A program made the translations under genes and the position numbers. Below, piece after piece: positions 51,976-60,838 of a DNA stretch of 64,000 nt. Below the pieces are notes generated by a model. It saw only the letters and a program-made list of their open reading frames with translations, did no database searches and had not been told where the DNA came from. Source of the DNA: Nitrospirota bacterium (GTDB lineage: Bacteria > Nitrospirota > UBA9217); assembly GCA_963749655.1 (NCBI GenBank), contig CAVVOB010000016.1, positions 32,001-96,000 on the forward strand, in the 5' to 3' direction. How positions within the stretch are numbered: the first letter of the stretch is position 1; each line of letters begins with the position of its first letter.

Positions 51976-52341
51976 TCACTGTTTATACTCCCGCAGCGTC
52001 TTCGTCCTTGGTTTCTTCCCCGGCAGCGATTGCACGAACTTCTTCCCTATCCCGATCCATTTATCGAGATCGGCTCGGTTTTTCCACCCCGCTTCCTTCA
52101 CCATGACCCATCCGGCCATCGGTTTTCCCGTGATGTCGAAGGGAAGCGTATTCCTGTCCTTGAGGCTTCTTTCGCTCTCCTCCCTGTCCATGCGCACGAT
52201 CAGAAAGTCTTTATAGATCCCGAAAGCCATATTGCTTTTAAGCAGATAGCAGACGCCTCCGAACATTTTCTTTTTTTCGACATCTTTCCAGCGCTTCGTA
52301 ACCGCATCGATGAGTTCTTCGAGTTTCGTATTATAAGCCAT
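51976..52341 (-). CDS. TfoX/Sxy N-terminal domain protein
   Basis: KKMFGGVCYLL..MAFGI, PFDITGKPMAGWVMV. Confidence 0.85.
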   Translation of the reverse strand: MAYNTKLEELIDAVTKRWKDVEKKKMFGGVCYLLKSNMAFGIYKDFLIVRMDREESERSLKDRNTLPFDITGKPMAGWVMVKEAGWKNRADLDKWIGIGKKFVQSLPGKKPRTKTLREYKQ

Positions 52342-52774
52342 AATTATCCGGAGTGGTTCTGTTCAGTCGATTTTGATGCCGTTAAGATAAGGATTCCTCG
52401 ATTAATGAAAAATCTTACTACAAGCAGTTATTAAAGTCCAGTCCCAAAAAAATAAGTTATTATTGGTTATTTGATCTGCATAATGCAGGGATAACCGGGT
52501 ACGACCTGGGACGCGCAGAACCGAAGTGTCCGCCGAGCCCACAATTATACCAAAAGAGCGCCGCCGTGCCGAGCACGGTGAATATTCAGAAAGTTTGAGC
52601 TGACGGCCACTGATCGTGTTGGTCAGTGACAGCATCACCTGCTGAGACCTGTGCGGGCAATTCATGAATTCCGGGACCCGAACATGGGTGGGGCAAAAAA
52701 CCAGCCCGACCCATAAGAATGAGTCGGGCTCGACATTTGTTACGTTAAGTCGTTACATCGATAACCGGAGAAAG

Positions 52775-53548
52775 CTACGGAATGGGAAGCCGAAGCACAA
52801 TTCCCTCGCCGAGTGTGATATCGTCAATGTGCCCCGCGGCTTTGCTGGTGCGTGAAACCAGGTGTATGTGAATGGCATTCTCCCTGCCCGACCCTTCCTT
52901 GATCGCAGGAGCGAACTGGGTAAGAAACACGCCTGCGTGGTGCTCGGAATAGAAGCCGATGATATCAACGGGCTCGTTCTTAATGACAAACGGCTCCTTC
53001 GATTTCAGAAACAACTCCCTGGTAATGGGTTTCCCTTCCGTGCGGTCGACATTGATGTGCCACTTGATCTCCGCGGGCGTTCCCGCAAGCAGGAACGGAA
53101 AAGGCTTTGTTACGTCAATGCCTGCTTCCCGGGCCTGGTCTTTCACGAACGACTGCAGATCGACATAGACCTTTACGGATGCGGGAACAGGGATGTCTTT
53201 CCATTTCGTCTGTTCGGTCCAGACGAGAAAGAACGCGCCGTGCTTCAACGTGGTGTCCAGGGTAAAGTCCTTCCCCCGCATCTGGGTAATATAGGGTTTT
53301 GAGTCGAAGATGGTGATCTCGCCGTCAAGCTCCTCGACCGGCCCCATCGCATACAATCCCTTGCGGCCCGAGAGGTCTTCCAGCGAGACGACGCTTGAAG
53401 CCTTGCCTGTCCTGAAGATGTCCTTCTGAGCGCCTACATATTCCACCAATCCTTCCTTCTTCGCACCAACGATCGCTGCATATGCCGAGATAAGGACTCC
53501 CAGCGTCACGGCGACTGCCAATCCGATTACTATCAGTCTCTTTAACAT
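52775..53548 (-). CDS. Alpha-acetolactate decarboxylase-like protein with signal peptide
   Basis: ELDGEITIFD, IIGFYSEHHAGVF, HIHLVS...AGHIDD. Confidence 0.7.
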   Translation of the reverse strand: MLKRLIVIGLAVAVTLGVLISAYAAIVGAKKEGLVEYVGAQKDIFRTGKASSVVSLEDLSGRKGLYAMGPVEELDGEITIFDSKPYITQMRGKDFTLDTTLKHGAFFLVWTEQTKWKDIPVPASVKVYVDLQSFVKDQAREAGIDVTKPFPFLLAGTPAEIKWHINVDRTEGKPITRELFLKSKEPFVIKNEPVDIIGFYSEHHAGVFLTQFAPAIKEGSGRENAIHIHLVSRTSKAAGHIDDITLGEGIVLRLPIP

Positions 53549-53571
53549 GTAACAATCTCCTTTTTATATAA

Positions 53572-53606
53572 ATTCGACATTCTGAATTCCACATTCAGCA
53601 TTCAGA
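53572..53606. repeat. ATTC-type heptad tandem repeat
   Basis: attcgac attctga attccac attcagc attcaga. Confidence 0.7.
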
Positions 53607-54798
53607 ACGTCGGTGTAGGCACGCTTCCCCACCCGCTGCCATGGGCCAGGTCTTTAACGTCCAGCAGATGCATTGTATGCACTTCCACGTCAGCGAAGAA
53701 CTGCGGCACCCGCAAAGCATTGATGGAAAACAGATCGGAAGGCGTCTTCATATCCACATCCTCAATGGAGAGGAAAATCAGCCTTCTCATTGTGCCGTGC
53801 GCCATTCCTCCGCCTGCTTCGCTCTGGCTCGCGTGCATGCTTCCGTGCATTGCGTGATGTCCCTCCCGCAGATGCCCGAAAGGGTTGAAGATCCAGTCCG
53901 TGATCATGGACAGGGAATGGTGCTGATTAAAAAGCTTCCAGTCCCCGCCGGTATCTGCGATCATCCCCTGCATAATGTAATTTTGCGGGATAAAGTAGAC
54001 GAGATACCTTTTGTCCTGCCGCAGACGTTCTGCTACCTCCTTAAGTGCGAGAATATCAGCCATGCGGTGGTCCATCTTGAATTCATCCTCCGGAAGAATT
54101 GCGACGGCGGTAACGTTATGCGCCTTTGTCCAGAGGGTGAGATGGTCTATCGTGTATGACCGGAGCAGAAAACCCGCGCCCATGACAACTGCGATGATAC
54201 CAAGGGCAAGCGCGGCCTTTCCCGTACGTGACGGGGGAGTCAGCGTTCTCTCGATGACTCCGGGCAGAAACATACCGGTCCTGGCCATGTATTTCCGATA
54301 AACCTCTTCATGGGCGCTCAACATCCGCCGCTCCTCGTCCTTTGCGAGAACATAGTACACGATCGCCATGAGCAGCCAGAGGACGAGCGTCAGGAACCGC
54401 GGCCATAAAATGGACAGACCCAGACCGGCAATCCCGAGAGCAAGGTACTGGGGATGACGAATGACGGAATAGAGACCTCCGAGCACCGCCCCCTTTTTCG
54501 TGAACTTGGCCGCATAGATCTGGAATGCGCACAGGAAAAAGACTGCAATACCCGCTACGAACAGGACCGATCCCATGACGCGAACAAACTGCAGGAACCA
54601 GTCCTGCGGCAGCACCATGTGGGGCAGGTAGAATGCGCTGAGCCATCGGGTCGATGGACGCTCCGCGAGACTTAAAAGCATGGGGTTGAAGACCGAGTAA
54701 AAGAAGCCCGCAAAGGGGCTGATCATGATCAGCACTTCAAAGGCAATGACGAAGTAGAGAACAAGCGCGCTCTCGAGGAGCGTCTTCCTGGTATTCAT
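53602..54798 (-). CDS. ICMT/PEMT family membrane methyltransferase-like protein with His/Met-rich C-terminal domain
   Basis: GLYSVIRHPQY, LAKDEERRM, YRKYMARTGMFLP, tail GHHAMHGSMHASQSEAGGGMAHG. Confidence 0.82.
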   Translation of the reverse strand: MNTRKTLLESALVLYFVIAFEVLIMISPFAGFFYSVFNPMLLSLAERPSTRWLSAFYLPHMVLPQDWFLQFVRVMGSVLFVAGIAVFFLCAFQIYAAKFTKKGAVLGGLYSVIRHPQYLALGIAGLGLSILWPRFLTLVLWLLMAIVYYVLAKDEERRMLSAHEEVYRKYMARTGMFLPGVIERTLTPPSRTGKAALALGIIAVVMGAGFLLRSYTIDHLTLWTKAHNVTAVAILPEDEFKMDHRMADILALKEVAERLRQDKRYLVYFIPQNYIMQGMIADTGGDWKLFNQHHSLSMITDWIFNPFGHLREGHHAMHGSMHASQSEAGGGMAHGTMRRLIFLSIEDVDMKTPSDLFSINALRVPQFFADVEVHTMHLLDVKDLAHGSGWGSVPTPTF

Positions 54799-54946
54799 AG
54801 GACCTCCGTGAGAATATGATTCAAATTTCCGACGACAAATGACAAACAAGCTCCCCAACCTGAATTTCAAAGCCCTCGGGGCACATTGAAACTTCGCATT
54901 CGGTCATTGTTTGAGATTTGCCTTCGCTATGAAACTTGGCGCAGGA

Positions 54947-55270
54947 TTACGCTTGTGGAGGTCTCAGGAGTCCGTCCGGCAAAGCATCCACGTAAGTGTC
55001 GTCGAGGAGCAGCCGGGCATTCTTGACGGGATAGAGTTCGAACGTAGGGATCGTCTTGGGAACGGCGAAGATAAACAACGGCGGATGGCTTATTGACGAG
55101 GCGGATGAAATCTTGTTCTGGCCGTCGGGAGACAGGCTGTGGACCTGCTTCATTGAACAATTGCCGCACGATTTGACGACGCTGGTTTTCCCTGCAAAAC
55201 CGTGGGGGCACGTATTCTGGAGCAGGAGTGCAAAAGCAAGGACGAATATGATCGGCGCCAGCCTTAACAT
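54947..55270 (-). CDS. Signal-peptide/CxxC/C-terminal RPP small protein, probable DUF2946/CruR-like leader
   Basis: MLRLAPIIFVLAFALLL, CPHG, CGNC, ends LLRPPQA. Confidence 0.65.
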   Translation of the reverse strand: MLRLAPIIFVLAFALLLQNTCPHGFAGKTSVVKSCGNCSMKQVHSLSPDGQNKISSASSISHPPLFIFAVPKTIPTFELYPVKNARLLLDDTYVDALPDGLLRPPQA

Positions 55271-55307
55271 TTGACGGTACTATAAATGCATAGCCGTCAA
55301 ATGTCAA
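55267..55307 (-). promoter_or_regulatory. Sigma70 promoter giving a near-leaderless transcript, overlapped by an 11-bp inverted repeat
   Basis: TTGACA-N17-TATAGT-N8-ATG. ACATTTGACGG-N16-CCGTCAAATGT. Confidence 0.65.
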
Positions 55308-55373
55308 TGCCTTTTGATGTTGTCGCCCTGTCCTTCCGCAATACATACGAAGGCAGTGGATTCAGCGAAGTCT

Positions 55374-55964
55374 CTACCGGATGAAGACTTTTAAGTCCTC
55401 CTGAAGCTTGGACGTCTTCTTCCTGACAACATCAAGATGATCCTTGAGAGGACGATCCTGAAGGAACGTCCGGTCAAGGTCCTCAACCGCCTGGGAAAGG
55501 TCTTTGCTTCTTTCCTTGATCGCGATTAACTTTCGCTGCAAATCGCTCCGCATCGCGTCCAGCCTGAGGGCGAATTCCTGAAATTCATCCTCTTCCCGCA
55601 GGACCACGGGATTCATAAGATCGCCAGACGTGATCCGCCCTATGTCCTTTTTCAATATAAACAGAGGAATTGCAAGTTTTTTCCAAAGTGCGTGAATCGC
55701 ATAGAGCAGCAGAAGGACAAACAGAAGCAGCGCGGTTCCGTGGGTATACAAGGCTGTAGGAAACAGCATGTCGGCAGCGGACCGGACCGAGAGATGGGTT
55801 GAATACAGAGCATCCTGAAGCCGTACTTTGACGAAATGGGAAAAAAGCAGGGCAGCTGTCACCGACCATATCGTCGAGATGATCGCGAACCTCAGAATAA
55901 ATCGGGTCTGAAAATCCTTGTCTATGAAGAAGTTTCTTCTTCGGTTTCTCTTGGCTATGCTCAT
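55374..55964 (-). CDS. Two-TM HAMP/coiled-coil protein
   Basis: RRRNFFIDKDFQTRFILRF, two TM helices, ITSGDL..LREEDEFQEFA. Confidence 0.78.
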   Translation of the reverse strand: MSIAKRNRRRNFFIDKDFQTRFILRFAIISTIWSVTAALLFSHFVKVRLQDALYSTHLSVRSAADMLFPTALYTHGTALLLFVLLLLYAIHALWKKLAIPLFILKKDIGRITSGDLMNPVVLREEDEFQEFALRLDAMRSDLQRKLIAIKERSKDLSQAVEDLDRTFLQDRPLKDHLDVVRKKTSKLQEDLKVFIR

Positions 55965-55976
55965 GGATTCGCTCCT

Positions 55977-56783
55977 CTATTTGTCATGACATTCCAGGCA
56001 GAGCTGCGCCCTGTCGTTGTTCACAACAAGCTTCTTCTTCTCCGTTGAATACGGATCGTGACATGACGCGCACCCCACCATTCCATCGACCAGCAGGACC
56101 TTTTTATTCAGCTGGCCGATCGGCCGCAGTCCGCCCTTTGACCTTACCGCGCGCCGGTACTTCACGCCGATGGGGTGACTGGCCTGAGGATCGTAGCCAT
56201 GGCTGAACACGCCGACCTTGACATCGTCTCTGCCTCCCAGCGATCCGTCATGGCAGGACAGACAGGCCATCGAAATGTTGTCGATCAGTCCGCCCTGCCC
56301 TTCGGTATACTTCATGTGCGCGACACCCATGGTCTGGGTATGATCGCTTTTCTGACCGGCGGTAGTGACATTGCCCCCCGGATGACAAGACGCGCAGAAC
56401 GACCGGCCGGTGAGATCTCGGCGAAGATAATACCATGTTCCTTCATAATTGGACGGAGCCGATGCGTGGATATTATGACAAGTAACACAGGTCATCTTCC
56501 CTTCACCGGACAGAGGGAGGTCTGCAGGAAGCGTGACATGGGCCGGCGACATGTCTACGGGGTGTGATAGATAATCGTTCTTGCTGTCGTGGCATCGGGC
56601 GCACAGTGTTCCGACGGGAGCGACCAGGGTGAGCGTGCTGCGGTCGTTCTTGACAGGCGTCGAAGCATGGCAGTCGGCGCATTGATTTTCCGTGAATTCA
56701 TGGCCGTTCTGCTTCAGCGCCGAATGGACGACGAATGCCGCAACGATGCAGCAGATGACAATGCCGATGATTTTTTTCAACAT
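55977..56783 (-). CDS. Heptaheme c-type cytochrome (paired CXXCH type)
   Basis: CADCH, CARCH, CVTCH, CASCH, CLSCH, CASCH, CLECH, with SHPV/SHPI. Confidence 0.9.
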   Translation of the reverse strand: MLKKIIGIVICCIVAAFVVHSALKQNGHEFTENQCADCHASTPVKNDRSTLTLVAPVGTLCARCHDSKNDYLSHPVDMSPAHVTLPADLPLSGEGKMTCVTCHNIHASAPSNYEGTWYYLRRDLTGRSFCASCHPGGNVTTAGQKSDHTQTMGVAHMKYTEGQGGLIDNISMACLSCHDGSLGGRDDVKVGVFSHGYDPQASHPIGVKYRRAVRSKGGLRPIGQLNKKVLLVDGMVGCASCHDPYSTEKKKLVVNNDRAQLCLECHDK

Positions 56784-57382
56784 GTTTTTATCTCCGCGAG
56801 GAGAGCTTCCATGCTCTTCACCGAGTCCGTCAGGCCTCCTATTGCGCGTGCGACTGCGGCTTTATCCCGGCCCTGCTGCAGACCGGCGGCCAGCGATTCC
56901 GTCTCCGCTGCAACCTTGTCTGCGTGCCGTTCAAGGGAGCCGATCAGCTCTCCGTACCGGAAGGCCGATGTTTTCAGAGAATCCGCCACATCGGCAAGAT
57001 GGTCCCCGGTGCGCAGCTTGAATGACGCTTTCACGTTTCCTTTTCCGATCAACTCGGCCTCACGGCTCAGCCTGAATGCCGGCCCTGCAATACGATGGGA
57101 AAAAAATACGTGAATGAACGTTATCGCAAAGATAACGATGAGCGTCGCCATGGCATAGAGCCCGGCAACCTGGCCTGCCAGTCGGAGCTGCATTCTGTGG
57201 ATCGCGGCGAGCGCACTACTGTACCCCTGGTTCAGACCGGAGGAAAAAATAGAGAGGAACACAAGACCGAGACAAAGTGCGCCAGATGATACAATGATCA
57301 AGGTATAGATAAATACTTTGCGGTAGTACGTACGAGAAAACGATGCCGCTGCGTCCATACGCGCCTCCTGGTTGTATATCAT
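56777..57382 (-). CDS. Two-TM HAMP/coiled-coil protein
   Basis: Two TM helices, FSHRIAGPAFRL..IGKGNV..LRTGDHLADVA. Confidence 0.78.
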   Translation of the reverse strand: MIYNQEARMDAAASFSRTYYRKVFIYTLIIVSSGALCLGLVFLSIFSSGLNQGYSSALAAIHRMQLRLAGQVAGLYAMATLIVIFAITFIHVFFSHRIAGPAFRLSREAELIGKGNVKASFKLRTGDHLADVADSLKTSAFRYGELIGSLERHADKVAAETESLAAGLQQGRDKAAVARAIGGLTDSVKSMEALLAEIKTC

Positions 57383-57425
57383 AGCTGCGTTCAGTATTCT
57401 TCAACAGAGTTGACGGACGGTATTC

Positions 57426-57453
57426 TTATCGGTATGATCGGAGAAGAACTTTA
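57426..57453 (-). promoter_or_regulatory. Sigma28 (FliA)-like promoter
   Basis: TAAAGT-N15-CCGATAA on the minus strand, ~45 nt before the operon start. Confidence 0.55.
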
Positions 57454-57898
57454 CTCATTTCGGGAGTTTTATTTCGGCTCTGCAAGAGGAGCACCATGAA
57501 GCGTACTTGGTCGTTTCGTTATTAAAGCAGGCCTGCACCAGTCGGACGATTTCCCCATCAAAGATGCGGCGGCATGGGCCGGAACGCCGGATACCCTTCC
57601 CCTGGATGCTTTCCAAAAAGCGTAAAAAACCTGCATGATGTTACAGCAGGAAGCAGGCAAAAAAAATCTCCTTCTGCGCCCCCGTGAGTGCCGCGGAAAG
57701 CAAAAAGAGAACGATCGCATGACACTTGATAAAACAGATGTTAAGAAAAGCATTCCTCTCTTCAATCTTGATCGTCCGGTATTAAAGGCCGCTCAAGGAG
57801 AAGAGAGAAAACACATTTTTTTCGCGGTTGTTCGAAAGTTAACGAACAGCCCAAAGTGTCTTTTCGTTCCTTTTAATCCTGGCGCCGGTCAATGTTCA

Positions 57899-58222
57899 CT
57901 ACTCAACGCCGATTACACCGTTATAAGTGCCGAACGAGTTTGGGACCAGATCTGCTCCAGGGATGTTTTGCGCCCAGGCCCCGTCGACAAAATATTTGAA
58001 TTCGTGTCTTCCCGGCGATAGTTTGACCTTTACCCGCCACGTTCCATCCCTGTCTTTCTTCATCGGCGTTGCCGATGTGCTCCAGTTATTGAATTTTCCC
58101 GCGATGAAGACTTTACGGGCATTGGGAGCAGAGAACGAAAATTCGACTTCATGCATGGAACCGGAAATTGCCGGTTTACTCAAGGACTCTTTCACCTTCC
58201 TGACGACTTCTAATGCTGCCAT
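57899..58222 (-). CDS. Glycogen-binding (AMPK1/CBM48-like) domain protein
   Basis: APNARKVFIAGKFNNW, GRHEFKYFVDGAW, NSFGTYN. Confidence 0.85.
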   Translation of the reverse strand: MAALEVVRKVKESLSKPAISGSMHEVEFSFSAPNARKVFIAGKFNNWSTSATPMKKDRDGTWRVKVKLSPGRHEFKYFVDGAWAQNIPGADLVPNSFGTYNGVIGVE

Positions 58223-58470
58223 TGCGGTCACCTCCTGATGAATTTGCAGTCACTTTTGTTTAAGGGAATCTCCTGCAGAGCACAATAGATATAATAGCAT
58301 ATTCTTGACCGATTTCCCTGATGCAGTTTTTTCTCTCTTTTCAGAGGCATTCCCTGATACTAAAGTTCGCAACGGAAATCACTATCAGGGGAAGGGGTCA
58401 CACGCACAAATGCTCCGGGACAGAGCTCGTTTTGGCTTTGACGACACATCTTTTCCCGTGCTCTCCAACA

Positions 58471-58498
58471 TTGACAATGAAAGCGCGTTCGGTATAAT
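58471..58498 (+). promoter_or_regulatory. Consensus sigma70 promoter
   Basis: TTGACA-N16-TATAAT upstream of the peptidase. Confidence 0.6.
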
Positions 58499-58552
58499 GG
58501 CATCACCAAAGCAATCAAAAGGACACTCTCGAACGGAGGATGGTCACTATCC

Positions 58553-59945
58553 ATGGGGAAGACGGACAGATGCGGATCAGCGCTCAACTATTTTGAACAG
58601 CACCGGAAGGACTGTCTGGGAGATCTTACAGATCTTATCCGAATTCCGAGCATAAGTTTTCCCGGCTTCGACGCCGCGCCGGTGAAACAGTGCGCCGGCG
58701 CCGTGGCTGGTCTGCTCAAAAAATGCGGGTTCCGCGACGTCCTCCTTCTCGAAGCGGATGCTGGTTATCCGTCCGTGTTCGGCCAGTGGACGGGATCGTC
58801 CGACAGCCCGACCGTCCTTTTGTATGCCCATTATGATGTCCAGCCCACAGGCAGGGGCGAGTTGTGGAAATCTCCGCCCTTCGATCCGGTTGTGCGGAAC
58901 GGCCGGCTCTACGGCCGCGGCGCCTCCGATGACAAGGCGGGCGTGGCCATGCACGCAGCTGCCGTGCGCTCCTATCTCGAGGGAAGCGGATCGCTCCCGG
59001 TGAACGTCAAGGTCCTGATAGAAGGAGAAGAAGAAGTCGGTTCATCCAATCTTGAGCGCATCCTTGAGCGGCATATCGACCTTCTTGCCGCCGACCTGGT
59101 TGTGATCGCCGACAGCGAAAACTTCGATAGCGGCGTTCCCACGCTTACTGCTTCCCTTCGGGGCATCGTGACCGTCAATGTGGAGGTTCGCTCCCTGAGA
59201 TCGAGCGTGCATTCGGGGACCTGGGGCGGTCCTCTTCCCGATCCCGTCATAGCGCTCTCGAAAATGATCGCGACCCTTGTCGACGACGAAGGCCGACCGG
59301 CCGTGCCGGGCCTGCTTGATCGCGTGCGGAAGCTTGCGCCGTCGGAACGGGCGGCGCTTGATGCGCTACCTTTTGACGAGGCCCTGTACCGGAAACAGTC
59401 CACTCTGCTCGCGGGAGGCGGGGTAATCGGCGGGACCGGGATCGGTTTACGAAAAAATGTGGCGCCGGCCGTCCATTGCCGTGAATGCGATCGAAGCAAG
59501 CAGCCGGAAACAGGCCGCAAACATCATCAATGATGTCGCCTGGGCGCGTATCGGCGTGCGGACGGTTCCGGACATGGACCCAGGGGAAGTTCTGGATCTT
59601 CTCACGAACCATCTGAAAAAGCACGCGCCCTGGGGTGTTGAGGTTGCCATCAAGCCCGAGTCGCCGTCGCCCTGGTGGGAAACCGATACCAAGGGCCCCG
59701 TATTTGCAGCTGCGCTCAGGTCGCTTGAGCTTGGATACGGTCGTAAACCGGTAGTGGCCGGCGCCGGGGGCTCGATCCCCTTTGTGCAGACCATAACCGA
59801 GGCCCTCGGCAAGGTGCCGGCGCTCCTGCTCGGCGTCGGCGATCCCTACACGGCTGCGCATTCGGAAAATGAAAGCCTGCTCCTGTCGGACTGGGACAAA
59901 GGCTGCCGCAGTATGATCCATTTGTTTGACGAACTCGCGAAGTAA
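58553..59945 (+). CDS. M20 family metallo-dipeptidase, one frameshift near 59445
   Basis: YAHYDVQP, YGRGASDDKAG, EGEEEVGS, HSGTWGG, then GGSIPFV and AHSENES in the next frame. Confidence 0.9.
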
Positions 59946-60012
59946 CGAGGTTGACTTTCCCGAAAAAGCATTCTTGATTTAACCGATAAACGGCAGTTGG
60001 AGCCGGAGGAAT

Positions 60013-60735
60013 ATGTCGGGGAAAAAACAGGTTCTCATCGTCTGCCAGACCGCAGCAGGACAGATGTATCTCGGCATCCTGTTGAACCGCATCTGGTACA
60101 CACCGCTCCTGGCGAAATCGCCCGAGGAAGGGGTCCATCTTTCTCAGACCACGTCCTTCTCGCTCGTGCTGTACGATGCTGATGTTTCTCGACTCGAATT
60201 ACTGCCTGCGATTACCCTTCTCAAGACCGCCACTTCACTCAAGGACGTGCCCCTCGCTGTTTTCATAACCGATGACAATCCTGTCCTCAATCGGCAGATC
60301 CTCGACCTGGGATGCTCGGCGATCCTGACCAAACCGCTCGACCTCTCGATCGTCTACGGCGTCCTGGGCAGGCTCAGCGGACAGCCGAGAAGCTCGTTCC
60401 GCGTTCCAGTGAAGATGCGGGTGGAAATAGAGGAAGGCGTTCCGGACACGTATCTGACAAGCGTGAATATTTCCGAGGGAGGAATCTACCTGAGGACCGC
60501 CGAGCCCCTTCCCGCGGGCGAGGTGCTTCATATTCGATTCACCCTTCCCCATGATTCGCGGGAAATCAAGCTGGCGGCCGAAGTCGTTCGCAGCCTGTCG
60601 CTCGGCATACAGCTCGAAGCCGAGCCGGGGATGGGACTCCGTTTCATCGACGCGCCCGACGACACGCTGGGGAGAATCAAAAACTTTGTTCAATGGGAAA
60701 TGATGGGAGATTTGGAGCGGAAATCGGGGATGTAA
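60013..60735 (+). CDS. Atypical receiver + PilZ domain protein
   Basis: REC-like N-terminus lacking the acidic pair (LIVCQT). PilZ motifs RSSFR and NISEGG, and PGMGLRF. Confidence 0.82.
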   Translation: MSGKKQVLIVCQTAAGQMYLGILLNRIWYTPLLAKSPEEGVHLSQTTSFSLVLYDADVSRLELLPAITLLKTATSLKDVPLAVFITDDNPVLNRQILDLGCSAILTKPLDLSIVYGVLGRLSGQPRSSFRVPVKMRVEIEEGVPDTYLTSVNISEGGIYLRTAEPLPAGEVLHIRFTLPHDSREIKLAAEVVRSLSLGIQLEAEPGMGLRFIDAPDDTLGRIKNFVQWEMMGDLERKSGM

Positions 60736-60781
60736 CACAGGTTTATCATAGTCACCGGGGCCGATGCAGACTTCGTTCGAC

Positions 60782-60823
60782 AAAAAAAGCCCGCTCAGGG
60801 AAAATACCTTGAGCGGGCTTTTT
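60782..60823. terminator. Bidirectional intrinsic terminator
   Basis: AAAAAGCCCGCTCAgGG...CCTTGAGCGGGCTTTTT between convergent genes. Confidence 0.85.
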
Positions 60824-60838
60824 AATGTGAGGATTGTG

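Noticed and set aside
25300-53606. CRISPR array interpretation of the repeats
   Set aside because: The units are 7-9 nt, degenerate and without unique spacers, and no cas genes are present.
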